This document shows positions 49,930-61,400 of a DNA stretch of 64,000 bases, one piece after another. The stretch spans positions 63,650 to 127,649 of the forward strand of contig JAJECE010000050.1 of NCBI GenBank assembly GCA_022822185.1, written 5' to 3'. The stretch's first letter is position 1, and each line of letters begins with the position of its first letter. Made by a program: the position numbers and the translations under genes. Source of the DNA: Rhodothermales bacterium. GTDB taxonomy: Bacteria; Bacteroidota; Rhodothermia; Rhodothermales; Bin80. Under the pieces are notes generated by a model that was not told the DNA's origin, did not search any database, and worked only from the letters and a program-made list of their open reading frames with translations.

Positions 49930-51342
49930 CTAACTGTGCTCGTCAATGCACTCCCGAAAGAGTGGATGGTGATAGACCTCAGTCGGACATTGTTCGATGA
50001 ATACATCCACATAAGTAGGGTCCAAAGTGAAGGATTCGCGGAGTGCATCCAGGCACGGCTCAATCTGTCCCAGCATAAATAGAACACCGGAATAATGATA
50101 CCAGGTCGCTGCATACTTCGGTTGCAGGTGAAGGGCATGCTCATAGGCCGTACAGGCTTCCTGAAGTTTTTTGTTGATCGAAAGCGCGGACGCATACCGC
50201 ATCCATACATGATGACTCTGCGGTTCCAGTTCGGTCATTTTTTTGAAGGATCTCAGGGCTTTTCTCGTATAGCCCGCCCGCATTTCCGCATCGGCTTTAC
50301 TGTACCAGTACTCGGAACTTCCCGGATTCAGTTCCGCCGCCCGTGTGTGCGCTTTCGCGGCTAACCGATACCTCTTTTGAAGCATATACTCCCGCCCCAA
50401 ACCATTCCAGACTTCCGGCAGGTTCGGGTCCAATCGGGAGGCCTTTTCATAGAGGCGAATACTGGCTTGGTGATCTCCCCGTTCGGCCATGACCAGTGCC
50501 ATATTGCAATAGGCCGGCGCATCCTCCCCCTTGCGTGTGATCACTTCTTGATAACAGGCCAGCGCCTCATCATAACGCTCAATAATAGAGAGGATATTCC
50601 CCCGGTTATAATATGCGGGGACAAAATCGGGATCGATATCCAAGGTTAAATCATAGCAGCGAAGTGCATCTTCCATGCGTCCCATTCTGGCGAGTACCAC
50701 GGCTTTATTGAACCAGGCCTCACAGGAATACGGATCCAGATCAATCTGATGGTCATACGCGTCCAGACATCCCGTAAGGTCTCCCAGAATATCGTAGCAG
50801 TACCCAAGTTCAAACCAGGCTTCGGGGTGTTCTGGATTTCTCTCAATACAGGTTTCCAGAGCCGCCGCTGCATCGGAAAAATTTTCTGCCTGAATCATTG
50901 CATACCCGATATAGAAATGAGCATCATCATTGAGCGGATCTACACGGATTGCATCGTAAAAATAATTCATGGCATCCTGATGATGCCCCATCATGTTCAG
51001 CGTGATCCCTAAATTCAGAAGTACCTCACTGTCCGCTGGATTCAGACTCAGTGATTTCTCGAATGCCTGCTGCGCATCTTCCAGATGTCCCAGGTTGCCC
51101 ATCAGGATCCCACGTCTCAACCATGTGTACGAGCAGAACGGCTGTCTTGCCAGAATCTTGTCTATGACGGTGAGGGAGTCTTCGATTCGTCCGGTCTCGA
51201 AATAATGCAGTGCAATGTCCTCCAGCGAACTCACGTCAAAATACGCCTCTGGCCCCCCGCGCTCAAAGGCATGAATCAGCGCATGAAGGTCCTCTTCATC
51301 AAACGGATCATCATCCCCGTAGCTAAAATCAAATGTACTCAT
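49930..51342 (-). CDS. Tetratricopeptide-repeat protein
   Basis: About a dozen consecutive TPR-like repeats. Confidence 0.9.
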   Translation of the reverse strand: MSTFDFSYGDDDPFDEEDLHALIHAFERGGPEAYFDVSSLEDIALHYFETGRIEDSLTVIDKILARQPFCSYTWLRRGILMGNLGHLEDAQQAFEKSLSLNPADSEVLLNLGITLNMMGHHQDAMNYFYDAIRVDPLNDDAHFYIGYAMIQAENFSDAAAALETCIERNPEHPEAWFELGYCYDILGDLTGCLDAYDHQIDLDPYSCEAWFNKAVVLARMGRMEDALRCYDLTLDIDPDFVPAYYNRGNILSIIERYDEALACYQEVITRKGEDAPAYCNMALVMAERGDHQASIRLYEKASRLDPNLPEVWNGLGREYMLQKRYRLAAKAHTRAAELNPGSSEYWYSKADAEMRAGYTRKALRSFKKMTELEPQSHHVWMRYASALSINKKLQEACTAYEHALHLQPKYAATWYHYSGVLFMLGQIEPCLDALRESFTLDPTYVDVFIEQCPTEVYHHPLFRECIDEHS

Positions 51343-51508
51343 TGAACTAGTCTTATGGCCCCCTCTAAATTACGTCAATATCTTCGAAACGTCAAAATTT
51401 TGGGCGTATTTGAGGTCCAAAGTTTTTTTATTCTGGTAATTCTTAAACATTTAAGTCGGAACCCCCCAGAGTCCCCGGTGTAGACGGGTATGATCAAGCC
51501 GTAGTACG

Positions 51509-51997
51509 TTGGCAAAACTCTCTCAAATCCAGCAAGAGGAAGTCCGGGACCACTTCCGGTCATTCCTGAAGCAGCGCGGTCTTCGGGAGACCAGGGAGCG
51601 CCTTACTGTGCTTGATGCCATATACGAGGTCACGGGGCATATTGATGCGGATGCACTGCACCTTCGCCTGCAACAGCAGAAGCATTCAATCAGCCGTGCA
51701 ACTGTCTACAATACACTCAGCCTTCTGTTGGAGTGTGATCTGGTGGTGCGCCACCAGTTTGGTAATTCACAGGCCAAATATGAGTCCTCTTATCTTTTTC
51801 GGCAGCATGATCATCTTATTTGTCTGGACTGTCAGGAGATCATGGAATTTTGTGACCCCCGTATTCAGAATATCCAGGAGATGGTTGCCGATGTCTATGC
51901 ATTTGAGATCAAGCGGCACGCGCTCAATCTCTATGGTCACTGTCAGCGGCCCGATTGTGCGAACCGCCGCACATCCCAGCCTGATACAGCGACTTAA
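51509..51997 (+). CDS. fur: Fur-family transcriptional regulator
   Basis: 'ISRATVYNTL', 'HDHLICLDC', 'YGHC'. Confidence 0.9.
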   Translation: MAKLSQIQQEEVRDHFRSFLKQRGLRETRERLTVLDAIYEVTGHIDADALHLRLQQQKHSISRATVYNTLSLLLECDLVVRHQFGNSQAKYESSYLFRQHDHLICLDCQEIMEFCDPRIQNIQEMVADVYAFEIKRHALNLYGHCQRPDCANRRTSQPDTAT

Positions 51998-52210
51998 TCC
52001 ATAAACCCGTTGTCCACCTCTGAACACTTCCGGCAGAATTGGAGACTTGTCATCGGTGGGTGGACGATTTCGTTCAGGATCATTGCATGATTGGGGTGTT
52101 CATCCCACAAGAAACGTGCGATATGTTGAAGGATACCCGCAGATCCTGGAGCGTATTTCTTTGAAGAGGCTCTGAAATGAAAGGGAATGTCGAGTAGCCG
52201 GGGCGATTTT

Positions 52211-52861
52211 TCATGAGTTTGTGTTTATGATAGAACTCCATATATCTTGCGGCAGCGGGAGTCCGCGGTTGAGCCAGTTTTGAATCTGTTTCAGGCCTGC
52301 AACTTGATAAATGGGGATCTCTCTTTTTGCTGACTTATTTCCAACCTCACTACTCTGTTTGGAATTACGCGCAAGTACGAGTATCTGGGGGGTAGCATTC
52401 ACACCTTGGATGTTCATTGAGTAGATACTTGCTCCTGTTCCATGCCATTTTCGTCCTGTCATTACTTCGTCGAAATAGCCGAATTTCTTCAAATGAGTAA
52501 TGCCTTCCGCGGTTATCCAGTCAACCGACACACCAATTACACTGAAGGCCCAGCCTTGATCATAAGCTTTGCGTTGCAGTTTCAGTTTAGCCTCTTCAAT
52601 CAAATCCGGCAGGGAACGGTCATTGCTGTATCCGCAGGTTGACGATCCAATAAACACCATCACAAGTTCCTTATCAGGAATTGTTCCATAGGACGGGACA
52701 TATCTGGGGTATACGCCCTCGCTGTGCCAACGAAGTTCTATGGTAGGAATAAAATGGAATCTTCCACTGAAGCCTAAAACAAATGAGGCAGAGATCAAGA
52801 TGATTGCAGACACCCTCCACCAGAGGCTACCTACTCCGATAATGTTAGACTTTATTCTCAT
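52211..52861 (-). CDS. Membrane-anchored protein, possible thioredoxin-like fold (CxxS)
   Basis: N-terminal TM; 'LVMVFIGSSTCGYS', 'VIGVSVD', 'GVNATPQILV'. Confidence 0.6.
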   Translation of the reverse strand: MRIKSNIIGVGSLWWRVSAIILISASFVLGFSGRFHFIPTIELRWHSEGVYPRYVPSYGTIPDKELVMVFIGSSTCGYSNDRSLPDLIEEAKLKLQRKAYDQGWAFSVIGVSVDWITAEGITHLKKFGYFDEVMTGRKWHGTGASIYSMNIQGVNATPQILVLARNSKQSSEVGNKSAKREIPIYQVAGLKQIQNWLNRGLPLPQDIWSSIINTNS

Positions 52862-52884
52862 TACAGTTTATCTAGCCTCAAGGC

Positions 52885-54114
52885 CTATTGGGATTTGTGG
52901 ATCCGAATCTGAGGAAACCCTAAACTTTCTGTTGTAGTGAAGCGATAGTTCCCGTCTATCCCCCTTAATATCTCTCCAATTCTTGGGCCTGCCGCTCCCA
53001 GATAGATACCGAGTCCAGTTTGTGCATGGACTCTGAACGCGTGGCTGTCCGAAATTTCTTTCGGTCCGAATGAAAACCGTGAGGGTTTTTCGAGGAAGGC
53101 ATAAACCACATAGAAATACTCCCCATCAGAGAATAATGCCAAAAACATGGATCCATCAACTTCGTGATTCACTGCAATGTATGTTTTCCCATCCCTCCGG
53201 TACTGTTTATATCCAACGGAGCGATAATCTGGAAAAGTAACCTGCCAAAGTATTTCACCCTGATCTGAATAGCCAGTCATTGCAGGAATGTGATTTGCGA
53301 CTAATGCAACGGTTTGATGCTCAGAGTTACAGGCAATGAAGGTGTCGTGTGCAAAAGACTGCACAGGAAATGGATCTTCGTGGCTATACGCTTCTCCAAA
53401 AGACGTAACCCATGTACCATCTAGCATGTACTTGTGAACTATCTTCCTTTCAGCGGGGGTCTTCATGCTATAATCGATGAGGTAGTAGTGTCCATTCATT
53501 GCACACATTCTACCATTCATGCTTGAATATTCCGGCCACTGGGTCGCCGCAAGTACGAATGATGAATCCTTACGTTCGAAAACATGATTTATGAGTTGAT
53601 CAGCAATCATGACTTGATTACGATCAGGGAAAATGGTCATGCCAAGAGGGCTATCAAGTTCTCCTGGCCCAGTTCCTGAAGAACCGACATTTGCTATCCA
53701 GTCCCCCTTGTAATCATAAGCCCGAACTTCCTTATGGATGATATCGAAATAATAAATCGTCCCGTTACCATCGATCTTTAAATCCCAGACAAACCCGAGC
53801 ATTTGAGAATAATCTCCCTCATTGACTCCAATCTCTACCACATCCGATGAATCCCATTTCCAGAAATCGGCACCGTCCACTTCGTGTCGCAATTCAAAGC
53901 GGGAATCCGAAGAAACAGGAATATTCTCTTTGGTAGGATGGATCACGACCTGAGACGATGCTGATGTATGAAGCGAAAAAAGCAGAACGGCAAAAAATAT
54001 GCAACGGCCCTTGCAGGGAAAGGAGAAAATGGTGTTATGCAGAACTTCTGGAAAAAGCTTCATCAGATCAATCATGTTTGAATAAATGCCCCCAATCTGG
54101 TTAGTCAACCACAA
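52885..54114 (-). CDS. Exported six-bladed beta-propeller (TolB/NHL-like)
   Basis: 'VRAYDYKGDWIANVGSSGTGPGEL', 'VHKYMLDGTWVTSFG'; start uncertain. Confidence 0.7.
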   Translation of the reverse strand: MWLTNQIGGIYSNMIDLMKLFPEVLHNTIFSFPCKGRCIFFAVLLFSLHTSASSQVVIHPTKENIPVSSDSRFELRHEVDGADFWKWDSSDVVEIGVNEGDYSQMLGFVWDLKIDGNGTIYYFDIIHKEVRAYDYKGDWIANVGSSGTGPGELDSPLGMTIFPDRNQVMIADQLINHVFERKDSSFVLAATQWPEYSSMNGRMCAMNGHYYLIDYSMKTPAERKIVHKYMLDGTWVTSFGEAYSHEDPFPVQSFAHDTFIACNSEHQTVALVANHIPAMTGYSDQGEILWQVTFPDYRSVGYKQYRRDGKTYIAVNHEVDGSMFLALFSDGEYFYVVYAFLEKPSRFSFGPKEISDSHAFRVHAQTGLGIYLGAAGPRIGEILRGIDGNYRFTTTESLGFPQIRIHKSQ

Positions 54115-54246
54115 TTCCCAAAATCAAGGTCTCAGGTTATGCAGGTCAAATCGCTTGATTCTCCTGCACGAAAGTGTTTTTGCAAAGTATCTACAGGGAG
54201 TACAGAGATGTACTTCCTGCGATACGGAAGGTCATCAAGGGCTCTC

Positions 54247-54462
54247 TCAATTCATCTCACAACTATAGGTTCTGCACCCCCCGCCTGTTTTGTCACAGCC
54301 GGTATTGGCATTCGGATTATCTGAGCACAAGCCCAACCCCCCGACTTTATTGCAGACATCGTTCTCGCAGAATTCAAACTCAACGGTGGCCGTTGCTTGA
54401 TCAAGCCACATGCCACCGGTATAGGCTAGGAACGATAAAACGAGCACTACAATTGCACGCAC
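54247..54462 (-). CDS. Small secreted six-cysteine peptide
   Basis: Hydrophobic leader ending AxA, then C-x4-C-x8-C-x9-C-x6-C-x4-C. Confidence 0.65.
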   Translation of the reverse strand: MRAIVVLVLSFLAYTGGMWLDQATATVEFEFCENDVCNKVGGLGLCSDNPNANTGCDKTGGGCRTYSCEMN

Positions 54463-55495
54463 GGACCAAAATTAATTCTGTTTGTCATGATTTGCTGATT
54501 TTAGCGTTGAAGAAATAGAGTCAAATTCAGAGACGGTGTCTTAGCGGCGTACCACACCGCCGCAACCGCAATTTCCTTCAAGGCTCTTGCAACTGCTACA
54601 GACACAGAATTCTAAATGACCAACACGAACATTGAAGCCCTGCGAAGAGCATCTGGCTGTTTCACAGCCGCCGGATCGCAACCCAGAAATACAATGTTCT
54701 GTCTTAAGATACAACATTCTTTAGAAAGATACAGCATCCGTCTTGATTTTTATTTTCTGAACTACGTTCGAGGTGCTGTGAGTTCTTTTCGGGGATGTGT
54801 CGTTTTCAGCGGGGTTGCAGACAGGCACAACTGAAATCACGTAAATATCTGCACTCACGAACTTACAGCAAACGCCTCCCTTCCACCTTAAGAGAATGCA
54901 ACTGCTCAAGGATTCCATATAGAGTCAGGTTGGTACTACTCGAATGTACCTGATCTGATGACCGAGTACACCTCATCCGCGCCTGCGAGGCCCAGTTCGG
55001 CACCCGTCCAGACTGAAACGCGGCTGGAGATCAAGCGCAGGCCTCTGCAGGATAGAGCAGGCCTTCAGCCTGTGGATAAAGTTCAGAAAAAATCTGAGCA
55101 ACGCTTTTCGGGTTGGTTTTTGGAGATTAAACTGCTCAAAATAGCCATAGAAGAGAGATTTTTCGCTCTTCAGAGTCTCAAAAAGGACGCAAAACAGATG
55201 ATTTGGCCATCTATGACACGCAGGTGTGCTGTCTGGCTCAGTGATCATATTTTATTCACGGGCTGCTGGCCATCCTCAATTGGAGTCCGTCAAGGCCGCT
55301 CAACAAATCAAGCATCATCGTTTCGCCGTTTGGACCGAACACTGGATTCCTCTCGGTCTATTCATCGGCCGTGAACAGAGTCATCCTGCGCGGGCATGCA
55401 TTGCCAAACCGCCTGCTGCGGAACCACATTTCGGTGATTTGCATGGCCAGACTCAAGCCGGGAGAAGTTCGGATCTCCTGAACCTGCGGGAGTGC

Positions 55496-56761
55496 TTATT
55501 CCTCAAATTTCCGGAACGCAACCGAAGTATTGTGGCCGCCAAATCCAAATGCATTCGAAACCGCCACATTGACCGGACGCTTTTGCGGCGTATTGAACGT
55601 ATAATTCAGATCGCACTCCGGGTCCGGATGCACAAAATTGATGGTCGGGGGCACGCAGTCATTGCGAATGGCCTGAATCGTTGCAATAGCCTCCACCGCC
55701 CCCGCCGCTCCCAGCAAATGACCGGTCATGCTCTTGGTCGAGGAGAGATTCATCCGGTAGGCATGACTGCCGAAGACATTCTTGACAGACTTCGTTTCTG
55801 CAATGTCTCCCAGTGGTGTGGAGGTGCCGTGCATGTTGAGATAATCCACCTCCTCCGGTGCCAGATGCGCATCTGCCAGCATATTCCGCATAGCCAGCGT
55901 TGCCCCGCTTCCCTCGGGGTCAGGAGCCGTAATATGGTTTGCGTCTGCACTCATGCCGATACCGATAATTTCGGCATAGATTTGTGCTTCACGTGCCTGT
56001 GCATGCTCCAGGGACTCAATCACCAGCACACCTGCCCCCTCTCCCAGCACGAACCCGTCGCGGGTCTTGTCAAACGGGCGACTAGCGGTTGCCGGATCCT
56101 CGTTTCGGGTGGAGAGTGCGCGCAGTGCATTGAAGCCCCCGATCCCCAGTTCGCTGACCGCGGCCTCGGTCCCGCCGCACAGCGCAGCATCAATCATCCC
56201 CCGCTGCATCATCATGTAGACATCACTGATGTTGTTGTTCCCCGTCGCACAGGCACTCACCACACAGTAGTTCGGCCCGCGAAACTTATAGCGGATGGAG
56301 ATGTGACCACTCACGATATCCGGGATCAGCTTGGGAATAAAGAACGGCGAAATGCGGCGCGGGCCCTTGCCCAGATAGGCGGAGGTCTGTTCCAGGAACA
56401 CCTGAATCCCGCCGATCCCGCTCCCGATGATGACCGCCACCCGGTCCCGTTCATCCTGAGACATACGCTCGGGCGCAAGCCCTGAATCTTCAACGGCCTG
56501 GACCGCTGCAACCACGGCATACTGCGCGAACGGATCCATTTTGCGGGCTTCACGGCGGTCAAAATGATCCATCGGATCAAATCCCTTCAACTCGCAGGCA
56601 AACTTGGTTGCGAAGCGCTCCGTATCAAAGTGGGTAATGGGGGCGGCCCCACTCCTGCCCTTCATCAGCCCATCCCAGAATTCATCCAGAGAGTGCCCCA
56701 GGGGCGTGAGCATCCCCATTCCCGTGACAACAACGCGGCGCGGCTTGTCTTGAATCGCCAT
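55496..56761 (-). CDS. fabF: 3-oxoacyl-ACP synthase II
   Basis: 'SACATG', 'HGTST', 'KSMTGHLLGAAG', 'NAFGFGGHN'. Confidence 0.96.
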   Translation of the reverse strand: MAIQDKPRRVVVTGMGMLTPLGHSLDEFWDGLMKGRSGAAPITHFDTERFATKFACELKGFDPMDHFDRREARKMDPFAQYAVVAAVQAVEDSGLAPERMSQDERDRVAVIIGSGIGGIQVFLEQTSAYLGKGPRRISPFFIPKLIPDIVSGHISIRYKFRGPNYCVVSACATGNNNISDVYMMMQRGMIDAALCGGTEAAVSELGIGGFNALRALSTRNEDPATASRPFDKTRDGFVLGEGAGVLVIESLEHAQAREAQIYAEIIGIGMSADANHITAPDPEGSGATLAMRNMLADAHLAPEEVDYLNMHGTSTPLGDIAETKSVKNVFGSHAYRMNLSSTKSMTGHLLGAAGAVEAIATIQAIRNDCVPPTINFVHPDPECDLNYTFNTPQKRPVNVAVSNAFGFGGHNTSVAFRKFEE

Positions 56762-56785
56762 GCCTCTAGGCTTCTAAAAGAAGAG

Positions 56786-57022
56786 TTATCCGCTCTTTTT
56801 CGTGAGATACTCTATGGCATCTCCAACGGTGGCAATCTTTTCAGCATCCTCATCCGGGATACTAATGTCGAATTCTTTCTCGAATTCCATGATCAATTCA
56901 ACCGTGTCAAGCGAATCCGCCCCTAAATCATCCGAGAAAGAAGCCTCGGGGGTAATTCCATCCTCGGCAACCCCCAACTGATCCACCACAATTGCCTTGA
57001 CCTTATCTGCAAGTTCTGACAT
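56786..57022 (-). CDS. acpP: Acyl carrier protein
   Basis: '[12 protein letters not shown]'. Confidence 0.97.
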   Translation of the reverse strand: MSELADKVKAIVVDQLGVAEDGITPEASFSDDLGADSLDTVELIMEFEKEFDISIPDEDAEKIATVGDAIEYLTKKSG

Positions 57023-57137
57023 AATTATCTGATTAGTAGCTTATTTGAAGAAACCGCAGCGATTATTCGCGCGGCAAAGGACAACTAAATTACGGCAAAT
57101 TCATACAACTTTCCCTAAAGTGCCTGAATTTCACCGT

Positions 57138-57189
57138 AAACAGGGGAGTTGAACCAACAAGAACCGCAACCGGTTCAATGCCCCTGTTT
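57138..57189. promoter_or_regulatory. 18-bp-arm inverted repeat 15 nt upstream of metK
   Basis: AAACAGGGGAGTTGAACC ... GGTTCAATGCCCCTGTTT (16/18). Confidence 0.45.
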
Positions 57190-57204
57190 GATTCTATTTA
57201 GCTT

Positions 57205-58407
57205 ATGTCCAATTACTTATTCACATCTGAGTCTGTGTCGGAGGGACACCCTGATAAGGTTGCCGATCAGATTTCAGACGCAATCCTGGATGCATACTTA
57301 GCCCAGGACCCCGACAGCCGCGTGGCCGTTGAGACGATGGTGACCACCGATATTGTGATCCTCGCCGGAGAGGTTCGATCGAAAGCTGACATTTACTATG
57401 AATCCATCGTCCGTGGGGTCGTCCGGGATATCGGTTATATATACCCTGATCTTCGTTTTTGTGCAGATACCCTTAAGGTAATTAATCTTGTTCACGATCA
57501 GAGTGGTGATATTGCTCAGGGAGTGGACGCGGATGCTTCTAGCGGGAAACCTCAGGGGGCCGGCGATCAGGGGATGATGTTCGGGTTTGCCTGTAAGGAG
57601 GTTGAAGAAGACGGCCAGGGGAATTCGGTGCTGATGCCCATGCCGCTCTACTATGCACATGGACTGGTGAGAGAATTGGCACGCATTCGAAAGAATGAAT
57701 CCATCATGCCCTATCTGCGCCCGGATTCCAAAAGCCAGGTCACCGTTGAGTATGGCCAGACCGGGCGAACCCCCAAAAGAATTGACACTATCGTGATTGC
57801 AACCCAGCATGATGCAGGCGTAGAGCGGGATCAGATCAAACAGGATCTGAACGATCATCTTCTGCCGCGTGTGATTGCTGACGATCTGCGGGATGGCGAA
57901 ACCAAACTTATCGTGAACAAGACCGGCCAGTTTATTGCGGGCGGCCCGCACGCCGATGCGGGACTCACCGGACGCAAAATCATTGTGGACACGTACGGCG
58001 GCCGGGGAGCACACGGCGGCGGTGCCTTCAGTGGCAAAGATCCCTCGAAAGTTGATCGATCTGCTGCCTATGCCGCACGGCATGTCGCCAAGAATCTGGT
58101 GGCCGCCGATCTAGCCGATATGGTCGAAATTCAATTTGCCTATGTCATTGGCAGAGCGGATCCCGTATCCATCTTTGTTGACTCGTTCGGTACGGCCAAA
58201 CATGGGTTATGTGATCATGATCTGTCCAAAATCGTAGAAAGCACATTTGATCTGAGACCCGAGGGCATCATCAATCACCTCGGACTCAAAAAACCAATCT
58301 ATCAGCAGACTGCTGCTTATGGCCATTTCGGGCGCATTCACCTCCCCTGGGAGCAATTAGATGCCGTAGAAAAATTGCAGAGATATGCAGGGTTGCATTC
58401 AGGCTAA
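57205..58407 (+). CDS. metK: S-adenosylmethionine synthetase
   Basis: 'FTSESVSEGHPDK', 'GAGDQG', 'GGGAFSGKD'. Confidence 0.97.
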   Translation: MSNYLFTSESVSEGHPDKVADQISDAILDAYLAQDPDSRVAVETMVTTDIVILAGEVRSKADIYYESIVRGVVRDIGYIYPDLRFCADTLKVINLVHDQSGDIAQGVDADASSGKPQGAGDQGMMFGFACKEVEEDGQGNSVLMPMPLYYAHGLVRELARIRKNESIMPYLRPDSKSQVTVEYGQTGRTPKRIDTIVIATQHDAGVERDQIKQDLNDHLLPRVIADDLRDGETKLIVNKTGQFIAGGPHADAGLTGRKIIVDTYGGRGAHGGGAFSGKDPSKVDRSAAYAARHVAKNLVAADLADMVEIQFAYVIGRADPVSIFVDSFGTAKHGLCDHDLSKIVESTFDLRPEGIINHLGLKKPIYQQTAAYGHFGRIHLPWEQLDAVEKLQRYAGLHSG

Positions 58408-58423
58408 TGACTAAATATTCTGC

Positions 58424-61400
58424 ATGATACGCTCATCCATCACCACACTGCTGACCTTGTTTTGTGTGGTGACAACTGTTGCGCAGGATCATCGTCTGGA
58501 AGCCGTCCAGTCACTTCCAGAGGCTTCCCGCAGTTTGGTTGCGGAGTTGAATATCTGGACGGACTTTTCCACAACCCAGACAGCAAACGGGCGGATTGAT
58601 AACGAACTGGGCATCCTGCGGGCCGCCTACCGACTAAGTCTGGATATGACTCCAGAGTCCACGCTGGAGGCTACTGTAAGGTCATGGCTCACACGGGATG
58701 GGGAGGACTTCGGGATTGGTGCGCCGGAGGCGCTGCAGCTGGTGCAGGAAAAAGAGACCTATGGAGCCCATCACCTGACCTTTCAACAGACGCTGGCCGG
58801 TGTTCCGGTTTACGGCCGTTATGTACATGTAAATCTGAACCGGGCCGGATTGCCCGTGATGGCCATCAGCGGCTACGCCCCTCATCTGGAACGCGTGGAT
58901 GCATTTCATTCTGTACCTGCGCTCAGCGCAGCACAGGCCGAATCTCTGGCACAGCGTGCCGTCTCCAGAGATGGAGCAACCTCAACCCCTGCTGAACTTC
59001 TGGTCCTGCCCGGCCAGCCGCCGCGGCTGGTCTGGCGGACGGTTGCATGGCCGGACGATACCCCGGAAGAATGGGAAGTTCTCCTGGATGCCAATACCGG
59101 AGAGTTGATCCAATTACTGGATCAGCGCGTGCACTCGCACGCTCACCCGGATCCGCCCCCTTCTAAAGTAGATGGGGAGGGGCAGGTATGGCTGTATGAT
59201 CCGCTGACCGCCTCCGGCGCGTCCTATGGAGGCGACTATGTCGACAACAATGATAAGAATAACGCAGCACTGTCTGCTCTGCTTCAGACCGTTACACTTC
59301 AAGATATTGAACGGGGCGGCGATGGAGACTACCGGCTGCGTGGACCGTGGGTGAGAATTACCGGTGAGGATGCGCCCGTAGAGAGTGATCCGACGGACTT
59401 TAAGTATACACGGGATAATCCGAATTTTGAGGCGGTTATGGTGTACTACTATATTGATATGAGCGAGCGTTATATCCAGTCTCTGGATGTAGGAAGATCT
59501 CCACCGTCCCGCCCGATATCCGCAGATCCCTATGCATTTTCGCAGGATAATTCCTATTACCTTCCGTCAAGGAGATCCCTGCACTTTGGATATGGCGGCG
59601 TGGACGATGCCGAGGATGCCGGCGTGATCCTGCACGAGTACGGCCATGCCATCATGCATCATCATCTTGGATTTAGTACACGTCCATTACAGGAATGGGG
59701 AGTTCTTGGTGAGGGGTTTGGCGATTATTGGGCGGTCTCTTACCGCCGGGATCTTATGGATCGTGGACTGGTTCCTGCAAGAGACTGGAAGCAGGTCTTC
59801 CCCTGGGATGGCGTTGCCTGGGGAGGGCGCCGCGTCGACGGGAATCATGACTACGATGTGATCCAGCGGGACTGCAGAGGCACATGCAATATCTATACCT
59901 ACGGACGAACCTGGGCGAGCCTGATGATGAAACTGTGGGAACGAATTGGCCGTGAGAATGCGGACCGTCTGCATCTGGCCGGGTTTTCATATCTGGAGCC
60001 CAGTAATTTCAAGCTTCCCGACATGGTTGAAGCAATCATAATGGCCGACGAAGCACTGAATAACGGACAATATACTGCCGACATTTATGACATCTTTGAA
60101 CCCAAAGGATTTATTGAGTCCCCGGATGGGATTCCCGCCATTACCCACACTCCCCCGGATTGGCATATGGATCTCACGCTTCCCCTGAAACTTGAGGCGG
60201 ATATTGAAGCGGCCGAGTTTTCGATTACCAGCGCGGATCTCCATTACCGCCTGGATTCGGGAGAGTTTGAAATAAAAGCATTAACGCACGAGGGGGGCAC
60301 CAAATGGAGCACCGAACTCATGTTTCCTGCATCGGCCGCGCTTCTGGAGTACTATTTTCGGGCTTCAACGGAAGTGGCAGCGGTGACCCAGCCGCGATCC
60401 GCGCCTGAAGACCTCTGGTCCGTACGTTTAGGTCCGGATACCCAGGCCCCAGCGATCACCTACACGCCTGTAATGCATGTAGTGCCGGAGGAAGTTCGGG
60501 ACCCGCTCTCCATCCAGGTAACCGATGATAATGCCGTGTCCCGGGTTACACTTGCCTATACGATCCATGACCCAAGGCAGGAAAGAACGACTTCCGGCAC
60601 GCTTGAATTGCAGCGCTCAGGTAGCAGCACCTATACCCTGAAGATGCCATTTCCTGATGTTCCTGAAAGTGCCTTGCCGGGGGTATGGGTAGAGTATCGA
60701 ATTATAGCATATGATGTTGCAGATCCGCCAAACAGGGCAGTATTTCCATCTTTGGAAGCACCGCAGTTGCGACTGGATGTGATCCCCGGCCCTGAGCAGC
60801 TTGGCGTATGGAATCCTGAAGATTGGCCAAATTTGGGCGATGGCGAGTGGGCCCCCAGAGAGGATGGGTTCGGATATGATGGGATGCTCTGGGTGACGGT
60901 GCCTGATGGGCCGTATAGTGACAAACCCGCGCAGAGTGTACTCTCTTTCCCCGAGGTCAATGTGGCCGGACACCCTGATGCGCATCTGGAATTCTGGCAC
61001 TGGCATGACTTTGAGCACTCGAATGTTCCCAGGCCAGGAGAGGCGGGCGGTATTCTTTATGATGGCGGACAGATTCAGTTTTCAACGGATGGCGGGCAGT
61101 CCTGGAGCGTTGCTAAGCCGCAGTGGGGCTATAACGGGGACATTGAATCCACGCTCTCGAATCCGCTGTCGGGGACCCGTGCCTTCGGAGGGTCCAGTTT
61201 TGGCTGGCGCCGGGTCCGTGTACCTCTGCCGGATGCACCTGCAGGTGCTTACCGCTTTGAAGTCCATACACGGCTTGCGTTTGGAACTGGAACCGGGAAC
61301 TCAAATGCCACCACGGACAATTATGCAGGATGGGCCGTTCGGGATATACGTGTATTTACCGATCCGCCGGTGGAGACAACCCCGCCTGTGGTCCACCGTG

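Noticed and set aside
55226-56485. 419-aa plus-strand ORF
   Set aside because: Antisense to the well-supported fabF; no protein motifs
57298-58083. 261-aa ORF opposite metK (also 60906-61739 inside the protease and 62763-63410 opposite ahcY)
   Set aside because: Shadow or alternate-frame ORFs of confident genes
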